This document shows positions 45,357-53,649 of a stretch of 56,514 bases of DNA, in pieces. Numbering within the stretch: position 1 is the stretch's first letter; the number at the start of each line of letters is the position of its first letter. The notes beneath the pieces were generated by a model, which did no database searches, had not been told where the DNA came from, and was given only the letters and a program-made list of their open reading frames with translations. Origin of the DNA: an uncultured Verrucomicrobiota bacterium (GTDB taxonomy: Bacteria; Verrucomicrobiota; Verrucomicrobiia; Limisphaerales; J093). A program made the translations under genes and the position numbers. The DNA is taken from NCBI GenBank assembly GCA_964472515.1, contig CAYYMW010000003.1, positions 1-56,514 of the forward strand, in the 5' to 3' direction.

Positions 45357-45851
45357 ATGGACCTCAAGCTCGCCATCGTGCCCATTCAGAAGCCTGAGCC
45401 ACTCAACTTCGTGCTCGGGCAGACCCATTTCATCAAGTCCGTGGAGGACCTCCACGAGACGCTGGTCTCCTCCGTCCCCGGCATCCGGTTTGGCCTCGCG
45501 TTCTGCGAGGCTTCCGGCAAGTGCCTGATCCGCTGCAGCGGCACGGACCCGGCCATGGTGGACCTCGCCCGCACCAACGCCCAGGCCATCGGCGCCGGGC
45601 ACAGCTTCATTGTGTTTCTGGCCGAGGGGTACTTCCCCATCAATATCCTCAACGCGCTTAAGCAGGTGCCCGAGGTGTGCCGGATCTTCTGCGCCACCGC
45701 CAATCCCACCCAGGTGGTGGTCGCCGAGACCGCGCAGGGCCGGGGCATTCTGGGGGTCGTCGACGGCTCGTCACCCCTCGGGGTGGAAGGCGAGGCGGAC
45801 GTCGCGTGGCGCAAGGGCTTCCTGCGCCAGATCGGCTACAAGCTGGGCTGA
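45357..45851 (+). CDS. Adenosine-specific kinase family (DUF355) protein
   Basis: NFVLGQTHFIKSVEDL, FGLAFCEASG, GHSF, EVCRIFCATANP, GVVDG, FLRQIGYKL. Confidence 0.9.
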   Translation: MDLKLAIVPIQKPEPLNFVLGQTHFIKSVEDLHETLVSSVPGIRFGLAFCEASGKCLIRCSGTDPAMVDLARTNAQAIGAGHSFIVFLAEGYFPINILNALKQVPEVCRIFCATANPTQVVVAETAQGRGILGVVDGSSPLGVEGEADVAWRKGFLRQIGYKLG

Positions 45852-46260
45852 AGCGATCTGGCAGGGAGTTGGCGGCCCGCGAGGCTTGGCTGCAAACGGG
45901 GCATGGATCGTGGCCATGGCGCGACCGCGAGCATTCCCGTTCCGCCGCCTTCGGCCCGGGAAGCTGCCAGGCCGAGCGGTGTGGGGAAGAGGCAGGTTGG
46001 TCTGGAAAGTAAGTTGTGCGCAACTCTTGCACTCCGCAGTTGGTGTTGAGCAAAACCTGCGCACCGGAGACTCGCTTTGCTCTCGGCTATCAACGATTCC
46101 CGACAACCGGCCATGAAAGTCTCGGGATCGGCTGGCCGGGCCTGAACCAGACAAACACATGCAGCCCGCTGACGGGCAGGGGTTAGCGGGCCGACCGTGC
46201 CAAGGGAGTCTCGCCGCGCCAGACGGACTGTAACTATGAGCAGCGGGCTACCGTCCTATG

Positions 46261-46276
46261 TGGCATGACCCCTGCT
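46261..46276 (+). promoter_or_regulatory. Candidate sigma54 (-24/-12) promoter of the T2SS-like operon
   Basis: TGGCATGACCCCTGCT versus TGGCACGNNNNTTGCW; exact GG-N10-GC spacing, two mismatches; 70 nt before ATG 46347. Confidence 0.6.
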
Positions 46277-46346
46277 CAGGCGGGGATAGCGTCGGCGGCA
46301 GCGCGATGAAATGCCCCAGGAACAACAACCTCAAATCAAACGCATC

Positions 46347-46922
46347 ATGAAAAGCATCACGAAGATCACTGTATTGGCGGTGGCCCTGGCAGGGCTGCTG
46401 GCCGGAACCACCGGGGCACTCGCACAAGAAGGGCCTGGACAGGGACAGGGCGGCCAGCGCCAGCGGCAGGGACCGGGCAACTTCGACCCGGCGCAAATGC
46501 AGCAGCGCATGATGGAGCGCTATCGCGAACAACTGGAGATCAAGGACGACGCCGAGGGCAAGGCCATCGAGGGGTTGATCACCAAGGTGAACGAAGCGCG
46601 GCGTGACGTCGGATTTGGCGGCGGCCGGGGCATGTTCGGCGGGCCGCAGCGCAACCGGCAACAGGGCGACAACGCGGCCCAGGGCCAAGGCCAGGGCCAG
46701 AATCGTCGCGGGTTCGGGCCGGCGCCCAGCCCCGAAGCCGAGGCGCTGCAGAAAGCGATCGAGTCGAAGGCCGGGGCCGCTGAATTGAAGGCCGCGATGG
46801 CCAAGTTCCGCGAGTCGCGCAAAGCCAGCGAAGCCAAGCTCGCCAAAGCCCAGGAAGAACTGCGCGCCGTGCTGAGCGTGCGCCAGGAAGCGATCGCGCT
46901 GTCGATGGGTCTGCTCAATTAG
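46347..46922 (+). CDS. Exported G/Q/R-rich helical protein heading the secretion operon
   Basis: Signal peptide MKSITK...GALA|Q; low-complexity GQGQ linkers; two amphipathic helical blocks. Confidence 0.75.
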   Translation: MKSITKITVLAVALAGLLAGTTGALAQEGPGQGQGGQRQRQGPGNFDPAQMQQRMMERYREQLEIKDDAEGKAIEGLITKVNEARRDVGFGGGRGMFGGPQRNRQQGDNAAQGQGQGQNRRGFGPAPSPEAEALQKAIESKAGAAELKAAMAKFRESRKASEAKLAKAQEELRAVLSVRQEAIALSMGLLN

Positions 46923-46979
46923 TGTTGGCGGGCGGCTTTGGCCGCCCCCGACCGACTCCCAACCCTATTCCCCCGTCCT

Positions 46980-48731
46980 ATGCCGCCCGCCGAACCGACG
47001 GTGAATCCTCTTCCCGAGCTGCTGGAGAAGATGACGGCGGCCCGTCAACTGTCTCCCGCCGACGCCCGCGCGCTCGCGGCCGGGAAGGGGCCGGACGGCG
47101 TCGTGCCGCCAAGCGAGGAAGCGGTGCTGCGCTGGGTGGCCAAGGAATATGGAATGGCGTTTACGTTGCTCGAGGAGGTCGAGCCGGACAAGGAGCTGCT
47201 ATCGCTCTTCCCGGCTCGACTCCTCCTGAAGGATGAACTGCTTCCGTTGCGACGGGTCAATGGCAGCGTTGAAATCGCCACGAGCCGGCTCTTTGCGACG
47301 CAAGGGTTGGACGCGCTGCGAAGCCTGACCGGGCTGCGGTTGCGGGCGGTGCTGGCCCCCACCGAGGCGATCCAGCGGGAGATGAAGAAGCGCCTGGGCG
47401 TGGGCGCGGACACGATCGACACCCTGGACGAGGCCTCGCCCATCCAAGTGGTGGATGAGGGGGACGAGGATACCGACCTGGACAGCGCGGCGGAGGATGC
47501 GTCGATCATCCGGTTCGTCAACCAGGTGCTGCAGGACGCCATCGACCTGCGGGCGTCGGACATTCACCTGGAGCCCTTCGAGGACGAGTTGCGCATCCGG
47601 TACCGCATCGACGGCGTGCTGCAAGAGGTGCCGGTGCCGGCGCAGATCAAGCGGTTCCAGCCGGCGATTGTCTCGCGTGTCAAGATTCTCAGCCACCTGA
47701 ACATTGCCGAGAAGCGGCTGCCGCAAGACGGACGCATCAAAGTGCGTCTCGCCGAAGCCGAGGTGGACATCCGTGTCTCCGTGATTCCGATGCTTCACGG
47801 TGAGGCGGTGGTGATGCGCCTGCTGCGCCAAAACGCCACCCTGCGCGGCATGAAGGAGTTGGGCATGGACCGCCGCGAGTTCACTTGTTTCCAGCGGGTG
47901 CTCCAACTGCCGCACGGGATCATCCTGGTCACGGGGCCGACCGGCAGCGGCAAGACCTCGACGTTGTATACGGCGCTCAACGAGATCAACGACGCGGTGC
48001 GGAAGATCATCACGATCGAGGACCCGATCGAGTACCAGCTCAAGGGGGTCAACCAGATCCAGGTCTCGGAGAAGGCGGGGCTGACGTTCGCGCGGGGGCT
48101 GCGGTCGATCCTGCGCCATGACCCCGACGTGATTCTGGTGGGCGAAATCCGCGACAAGGAGACCGCGCAAATCGCGGTGCAAGCCTCGCTGACCGGCCAC
48201 TTGGTATTTTCGACGCTGCATACGAACGACGCGCCGGGGGCCGTGACACGGTTGGTGGACATGGGGGTGGAGCCGTACCTGGTGGCCTCGTCCTTGGAGG
48301 CGGTGCTGGCGCAACGGCTGGTGCGGGTGCTCTGCCGGCACTGCAAGGTGGTGGACGACTCCGCCACGGGCCGGACGCTCAAAGCGCAGTTGGGCATCCC
48401 CGCCACCGCCACGATTTACCGCTCCGTTGGGTGCAGGGAGTGCCGGAACACCGGGTTCTTCGGCCGGCGCGCGATTTTCGAGTGGATGGACAGCGACGAG
48501 GAAATCCGGCAGTTGGTGCTCAGGAACGCGTCCACCGACATGGTGGCCGCCGCGGCCCGCAAAGCAGGGATGAAAACCCTGGCCGAGGATGGTTGGCGGC
48601 TGGTGGGATTGGGGGTGACCACCGTGGACGAGGTCTTGAGTGTGACCACCGCGAAAGAGGTGGCCCTCACCACGACCCAGGCGGAGAACGCCGGGGAAAC
48701 CGTGGCGAGTCTGGCTTTGAAGGAACCTTGA
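46980..48731 (+). CDS. gspE: Type II secretion/type IV pilus assembly ATPase (GspE/PilB)
   Basis: ASDIHLEP, EKRLPQDG, GPTGSGKTSTLY, TIEDPIE, DPDVILVGEIRD, GHLVFSTLHTN, CRHC/CREC zinc motifs. Confidence 0.95.
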   Translation: MPPAEPTVNPLPELLEKMTAARQLSPADARALAAGKGPDGVVPPSEEAVLRWVAKEYGMAFTLLEEVEPDKELLSLFPARLLLKDELLPLRRVNGSVEIATSRLFATQGLDALRSLTGLRLRAVLAPTEAIQREMKKRLGVGADTIDTLDEASPIQVVDEGDEDTDLDSAAEDASIIRFVNQVLQDAIDLRASDIHLEPFEDELRIRYRIDGVLQEVPVPAQIKRFQPAIVSRVKILSHLNIAEKRLPQDGRIKVRLAEAEVDIRVSVIPMLHGEAVVMRLLRQNATLRGMKELGMDRREFTCFQRVLQLPHGIILVTGPTGSGKTSTLYTALNEINDAVRKIITIEDPIEYQLKGVNQIQVSEKAGLTFARGLRSILRHDPDVILVGEIRDKETAQIAVQASLTGHLVFSTLHTNDAPGAVTRLVDMGVEPYLVASSLEAVLAQRLVRVLCRHCKVVDDSATGRTLKAQLGIPATATIYRSVGCRECRNTGFFGRRAIFEWMDSDEEIRQLVLRNASTDMVAAAARKAGMKTLAEDGWRLVGLGVTTVDEVLSVTTAKEVALTTTQAENAGETVASLALKEP

Positions 48732-48734
48732 CGC

Positions 48735-50027
48735 ATGCCCGTGTTCCGTTACAGAGCGGTCGAGGCGAGTGGGGCGATCACCGAGGGTGACCTCGAAGCC
48801 GGCGGGCGGCCGGAGGCTTTCCGGTTGATGGAGGCGCGCAAGCTTCGCCCCATCAGCCTGTCCGAACGGGTGAACGGGGAGGCCGCCAAACCCGGCAAGA
48901 ACGGCAAGCTTCCCGCCAGCAGGCCTTCCGCCAGCAAGGCGGCGCAGGAGGAGCAACCTGAGCCCGAGCCGGTCTCCCTCGGTGGGGGCAAGATCACGGC
49001 GCGGATTCTGGAGGATTTTACCCGGCTGCTGTCGAGCTTGCTGGCAGCGGGCGTGGCCCTGAGCCGGGCCCTGGTCATTCTGCAGCGCGAAGCCGCCAAC
49101 CCCACGGCCAAGGCCAAGTGGAAGGAGGTGCATGACCTGGTGGTGGACGGCATGTCGCTGGCGGATGCCATGGCCAAGTCACCCGACGTCTTCCCGCGGG
49201 TGTATGTGGCGATGGTCGAGGCGGGGGAAGCGGGCGGCTTTCTGGATGTGGTCCTCGCCCAAATTGCCGATTTTCAAGCCCGCGAGAAGGAGATGCGCGG
49301 CAAGGTGATGACGGCGCTGTTGTACCCGTCGATCTTGCTGGTGCTGGCGCTGGGCGTGCTGATCTTCCTATTGGTGTTCTTCATTCCCCAGTTCCAGACC
49401 ATCTTCGTCGGCTTCGGCGCCGAGCTGCCGTGGCTGACCCGGATGATCGTGGGCGCCAGTGAGGTGATGCGCTCATACGGGCCGTTTGTGGCGCTGGGGG
49501 CCGCGATCGGCATCTTCATGCTGCGGAGTTGGCTGGTCTCGCCCACCGGGCGGCGCACGTGGGAGGACCTTATCCTGCGGCTGCCGGTGATTGGCAGCTT
49601 GGTGGCCCAATACGCGATGGCAAGGTTCTGCCGGATGCTGGGGACCTTGCTCGGCGCGGGCGTGCCGTTGATCAGCGGGCTGCACGTGGCCCGGCGGTCG
49701 ATCGGCAACCAGATCTTGGTGGACGCCGTGGAGAACTCGATCGATATGGTGAAGGAGGGCAAGCCGCTGGGGGTGAGTCTCGGGGAGTGTCCGCGGCTGT
49801 TTTCCGGCTCGACCCTCGAAATGATCGCGGTGGCGGAGGAGAGCGGCAAGCTTGATGGCGAACTGGTGCGCATCGCGAATGTCACCGAAGGCGACCTGGA
49901 TCGCCGGCTCAAGACGGCAGTGGCCATGGCGGAGCCGTTGATGCTCTTCCTGATTGCCGGGTTCATTGGCACCATCTTCATCGGCATGGTGATTCCCATT
50001 TTTTCGCTGCAAGACTACATCAAATAG
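48735..50027 (+). CDS. gspF: Type II secretion inner-membrane platform protein (GspF/PilC)
   Basis: AGEAGGFL, YPSILL, FCRMLGTLLGAGVP, AEESGKL, EPLML. Confidence 0.95.
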   Translation: MPVFRYRAVEASGAITEGDLEAGGRPEAFRLMEARKLRPISLSERVNGEAAKPGKNGKLPASRPSASKAAQEEQPEPEPVSLGGGKITARILEDFTRLLSSLLAAGVALSRALVILQREAANPTAKAKWKEVHDLVVDGMSLADAMAKSPDVFPRVYVAMVEAGEAGGFLDVVLAQIADFQAREKEMRGKVMTALLYPSILLVLALGVLIFLLVFFIPQFQTIFVGFGAELPWLTRMIVGASEVMRSYGPFVALGAAIGIFMLRSWLVSPTGRRTWEDLILRLPVIGSLVAQYAMARFCRMLGTLLGAGVPLISGLHVARRSIGNQILVDAVENSIDMVKEGKPLGVSLGECPRLFSGSTLEMIAVAEESGKLDGELVRIANVTEGDLDRRLKTAVAMAEPLMLFLIAGFIGTIFIGMVIPIFSLQDYIK

Positions 50028-50039
50028 AAACCCCAACGC

Positions 50040-50510
50040 ATGCGCATGAAAACCCAACCAAGCCCCTTCCGAACGACCCGCCGCGAGCGCCGGCGCGGGT
50101 TCACGCTGATCGAACTGCTGCTCGTGCTGGTCATTCTGGGCGTCCTGGCCGCTATCGTCGTCCCCAAATTCGCCGGCCGCACCGAGCAGGCGCGTCTGAC
50201 CGCCGCGCAAACGCAGATCGCCACCTTCGGCACGGCGCTGGACGCCTTCGAGGTGGACAACGGCTACTATCCCAAAGGCCGCAACGGGCTGCTGGACCTG
50301 TTCACCCAACCGCGCGACACCACCAATTGGAAGGGCCCGTACCTGAAGAACGACGTGCCCATGGACCCCTGGGGCAAGGAGTATATCTACGAGTGCCCGG
50401 GCAAGCAGAACCCGAACGGCTATGACCTCTATTCGCTGGGGCCGGACGGCCGCGAGGGCACCGAGGATGACATCACCAGCTGGCAGCAGGGCAGCCAGAA
50501 GAAGAAGTAG
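50040..50510 (+). CDS. gspG: Major pseudopilin GspG
   Basis: G|FTLIELLLVLVILGVLA; ALDAFEVDNGYYP; WKGPYL; DPWG..Y; YSLGPDG. Confidence 0.95.
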   Translation: MRMKTQPSPFRTTRRERRRGFTLIELLLVLVILGVLAAIVVPKFAGRTEQARLTAAQTQIATFGTALDAFEVDNGYYPKGRNGLLDLFTQPRDTTNWKGPYLKNDVPMDPWGKEYIYECPGKQNPNGYDLYSLGPDGREGTEDDITSWQQGSQKKK

Positions 50511-50516
50511 CGTCCT

Positions 50517-51149
50517 GTGCGGAATCCACGATCCAGAGCGGCGGCGTGGGCGCCAGGTTCCCGGCGGCAGGGCGCGGGGCCGGGTGGCGCGCGCGCGTTT
50601 ACGCTGATCGAGCTGATCCTCGTAATGGCGCTGCTCGCGGTCGTCCTCTCGGTGTCAGCGCCGTCGCTCGCCCGGTTCTTTCGGGGACGCAGCCTGGACT
50701 CGGAAGCGCTGCGCCTGCTGGCGTTGACGCGCTACGCGCAAAGCCGGGCGGTCTCGGAAGGGGTGCCGATGGCCCTGTGGATCGACGAACAGAACGGCCG
50801 CTACGGCCTGCAGGTCGAGCACACTTACACCAACCGCGCGGAGGACGAGGATGACCGCGCGGTGGAATACAACGTCGATGAGAAACTGACGCTGGAGCTG
50901 GCGCCTGTCACAGGAGTCAACCCCATCCTGCAGACCAACCTGTTGGAAGCGCGCACGCAGGAACGAATCAACGCCGTCCTGATTCGCTTTTCGCCCGAGG
51001 GCTTCCAATCCGAGCTCAGCCCCGAGTGGATCTGCCTCCGGGAAAAGCCCGATCAACCCCAACCCGCGTCCCTCTGGGTGGCCCAGAGCGAGAACGGGCT
51101 CAACTATGAACTGCGCACGAATCAACCGCTCTTCCGGGTGCGCCGTTAA
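50517..51149 (+). CDS. Minor pseudopilin, GspH/FimT-like
   Basis: A|FTLIELILVMALL; LTRYAQSRAV. Confidence 0.85.
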   Translation: MRNPRSRAAAWAPGSRRQGAGPGGARAFTLIELILVMALLAVVLSVSAPSLARFFRGRSLDSEALRLLALTRYAQSRAVSEGVPMALWIDEQNGRYGLQVEHTYTNRAEDEDDRAVEYNVDEKLTLELAPVTGVNPILQTNLLEARTQERINAVLIRFSPEGFQSELSPEWICLREKPDQPQPASLWVAQSENGLNYELRTNQPLFRVRR

Positions 51150-51573
51150 GCGCCCCTGCCGCGGGTTCACGCTGGTCGAGACGCTCGCCGCCTTGGTGTT
51201 CATGGCGATCGTCATCCCGGTGTCCGTGGAAGCGGTGCGGCTGGCCGGGCGCGCGGGCTTGGTGGCCGAGCGCAAGGCGGTGGCCGCCCGCGTGGCCGAG
51301 CGCATGTTGAACGAACTGGTGGTGACCGGGCAGTGGCAGGGCGCGCAGCCCACCGGCGAGGTGCGCGACCGCCTGCTGACCTACCGTTGGTACGCGGAGC
51401 AGGAAGCCTGGCAACTGGCCGAGCTCCAACAGTTGACGGTCCGTGTCACCTTCCAAGCCCAGGGCCAGGAATACGATGTGCGGTTGAGCACGCTGGTGGA
51501 CAGCGCGACCGCCACCTCGACCACAAGCAACACCACCAGCACCAGCACGACCGGCAGCAGCGGCACGCAATGA
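51106..51573 (+). CDS. Minor pseudopilin, GspI-like
   Basis: G|FTLVETLAAL; Thr/Ser-rich tail; exact start uncertain. Confidence 0.8.
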   Translation: MNCARINRSSGCAVKRPCRGFTLVETLAALVFMAIVIPVSVEAVRLAGRAGLVAERKAVAARVAERMLNELVVTGQWQGAQPTGEVRDRLLTYRWYAEQEAWQLAELQQLTVRVTFQAQGQEYDVRLSTLVDSATATSTTSNTTSTSTTGSSGTQ

Positions 51574-52277
51574 CCACCCGCTTTCCATCGACCCGGTTCC
51601 GGGCGCTGGCCGCCTTCACCTTGTTGGAGGTGATGCTGGCGGTGGTGGTGTTCAGTATCGTGCTGCTGGCCATGCATCTGGTCTTCCACGGCGCGCTGCG
51701 CCTGCGCAACAAGACGGTGGCGGCGGTGGAATCCGGTGTGCCCTTGCAGCAGGCCCTGGCAATCCTTGAGCGCGACCTGGCCAACCTCGTCCCCCCCGGC
51801 GGGCTGGCAGGCGCCATCCAAAGCACGCCCACGCTGACCACGCTGCAGGGGCAGGTCAGCCCGTACTTTTACACCACCGTGGGTCTGCTGCGTGACGAAA
51901 CGCCCTGGAGCGACCTGCAGCGGGTCGCCTACCGCCTCCTGGAGCCGACGAACAACAGCGCCGGGCGGGACCTGTACCGCTCCGTGGTGCGCAATCCGCT
52001 GCCGGTGACGCAGGAAGAGCCCGAGGATCAGTTTCTGCTCCACGGCGTCGATGATCTCCTTTTTGAGTACTACGACGGCACCGCGTGGCGCCCGACTTGG
52101 GACGCCACGAACGAAGTCTCATTGATGCCCGCCGCCATCAAGCTGGCGCTCTACCTGACCCGCGACCGCACCAACAGCACGCTGCTGCGCGAACCCGTGG
52201 AACTGGTGGTACGGGTGCCGGTGCAGGCGTTTACCAACCAGACGGCGCAAGCCACCAACACGACCGGAGGCGCATGA
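51570..52277 (+). CDS. Minor pseudopilin, GspJ-like
   Basis: ATGA overlap; A|FTLLEVMLAV; LERDLAN; YYDGTAWRPTW; PAAIKLAL. Confidence 0.85.
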   Translation: MTTRFPSTRFRALAAFTLLEVMLAVVVFSIVLLAMHLVFHGALRLRNKTVAAVESGVPLQQALAILERDLANLVPPGGLAGAIQSTPTLTTLQGQVSPYFYTTVGLLRDETPWSDLQRVAYRLLEPTNNSAGRDLYRSVVRNPLPVTQEEPEDQFLLHGVDDLLFEYYDGTAWRPTWDATNEVSLMPAAIKLALYLTRDRTNSTLLREPVELVVRVPVQAFTNQTAQATNTTGGA

Positions 52278-53647
52278 AGACGACCCTCGCCCCATCGGTT
52301 CGTGAACGTGGTTCGGTGCTGATCATCGTGCTGTGGATTTCCTTCGGGCTGGTGAGCCTGGCGTTGTATTTCGCGCATTCCATGAGTTTCGAGCTGCGGA
52401 GCGCGGACAACCGCCTCGCCGCCCGGGAAGCCGCGCACGCCATCGCGGGCACGGCGTGCTATGTCAGCAACCTGCTGGCAACGGCGGAAGAACCAGGGGT
52501 GATGCCCGATCCGCTGACTTACGTTGCCGAGGAAATTCCGGTGGGCGAAGCCACGACCTGGCTGATCGGCCGCGATCCGGCGGCCACCCTTCCGGAGGAA
52601 CCGTACTTTGCCCTGGCGGACGAGGCCTCGAAGCTCAACCTGAACACGGCCACCGCGGCGATGCTGCAATTGTTGCCGCGCATGACGGCTGAACTGGCGG
52701 CGGCGATCGTCGATTGGCGCGACTCCGACTCCACGGTGAGCGACGGCGGCGCGGAAGAGGATACTTATGCCCGGCTCAATCCGGCCTATCACTGCAAGAA
52801 CGCCGCCTTCGAGTCGGCGGAGGAGCTGCGGTTGGTCTACGGCATGACCCTCGAGATACTCTACGGCGAGGACACCAATCTCAATGGCGTGCTGGACCCC
52901 AACGAGAACGACGGGGATGTCTCCCCGCCTTCCGACAACCGCGACGGCCGGCTTGACCCCGGCCTGCTCGAATACCTGACCGTCTGGACCCGGGAGCCGA
53001 CCACCGCCTCGGACGGTTCGTCGCGGATCGACATTACCTCCACGAACCTGCAGTCGCTCTCCACGTTGCTGGGAGAGCAACTGGACACGCAGCGGGCCAA
53101 CGCCGTGATGGCGCAACTCCGCAACGCGACGGGCATCCGCAGTGTGCTCGAGTTCTACCTCCGCAGCGGCATGTCGCAGGATGAGTTTGCGCTGATCGAA
53201 GGCAACCTCGTTGCCGGCACCAACACCGTGGGTTTGGTCAATGTCAATACGGCCAGTGAAGCGGTGCTGGCCTGCATCCCGGGCATCGGGACGGACATGG
53301 CCCCGCTGCTGGTCAGCGCCCGGCAGGGCAATACGGCTTACTCGGACTCCATCGCCTGGGTATCGACGGTGCTGGACCAGGACACGGCAGTTCAGGCGGG
53401 ACCGTATCTCACCGGGCGCAGCTACCAGTTCACGGCGGACATTGCCGGATTGGGCCACCATGGCCGGGGTTACCAACGGGTGCGCCATGTGCTTGACGCG
53501 GCGGACGGTTCTCCGCAGCTCGTGCGCCGCCAGGATCTGACCCATCTGGGCTGGGCGCTCGGGCAGGAAGTGCGGCGCACGCTGGTGCAGGCGCGGCGCA
53601 ACGCGCAACCGGCCTTTCAGACCGCAGGACGTTTGACCACGCAATAA
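52274..53647 (+). CDS. gspK: Minor pseudopilin GspK
   Basis: RG|SVLIIVLW; DEASKLNLN; AAAIVDWRD; ELRLVYGM; VNVNTASEAVL..IPGIG. Confidence 0.9.
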   Translation: MKTTLAPSVRERGSVLIIVLWISFGLVSLALYFAHSMSFELRSADNRLAAREAAHAIAGTACYVSNLLATAEEPGVMPDPLTYVAEEIPVGEATTWLIGRDPAATLPEEPYFALADEASKLNLNTATAAMLQLLPRMTAELAAAIVDWRDSDSTVSDGGAEEDTYARLNPAYHCKNAAFESAEELRLVYGMTLEILYGEDTNLNGVLDPNENDGDVSPPSDNRDGRLDPGLLEYLTVWTREPTTASDGSSRIDITSTNLQSLSTLLGEQLDTQRANAVMAQLRNATGIRSVLEFYLRSGMSQDEFALIEGNLVAGTNTVGLVNVNTASEAVLACIPGIGTDMAPLLVSARQGNTAYSDSIAWVSTVLDQDTAVQAGPYLTGRSYQFTADIAGLGHHGRGYQRVRHVLDAADGSPQLVRRQDLTHLGWALGQEVRRTLVQARRNAQPAFQTAGRLTTQ

Positions 53648-53649
53648 CC

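Noticed and set aside
46090-46260. c-di-GMP-I riboswitch before the T2SS operon
   Set aside because: Fragments such as ccgggcctgaa and gcagcgggctacc resemble it, but the GGCAAA...GAAA...GACGCAAAG core is missing, and it lies upstream of the predicted sigma54 TSS.
47199-49133. 644-aa minus-strand ORF
   Set aside because: Antisense to gspE/gspF.
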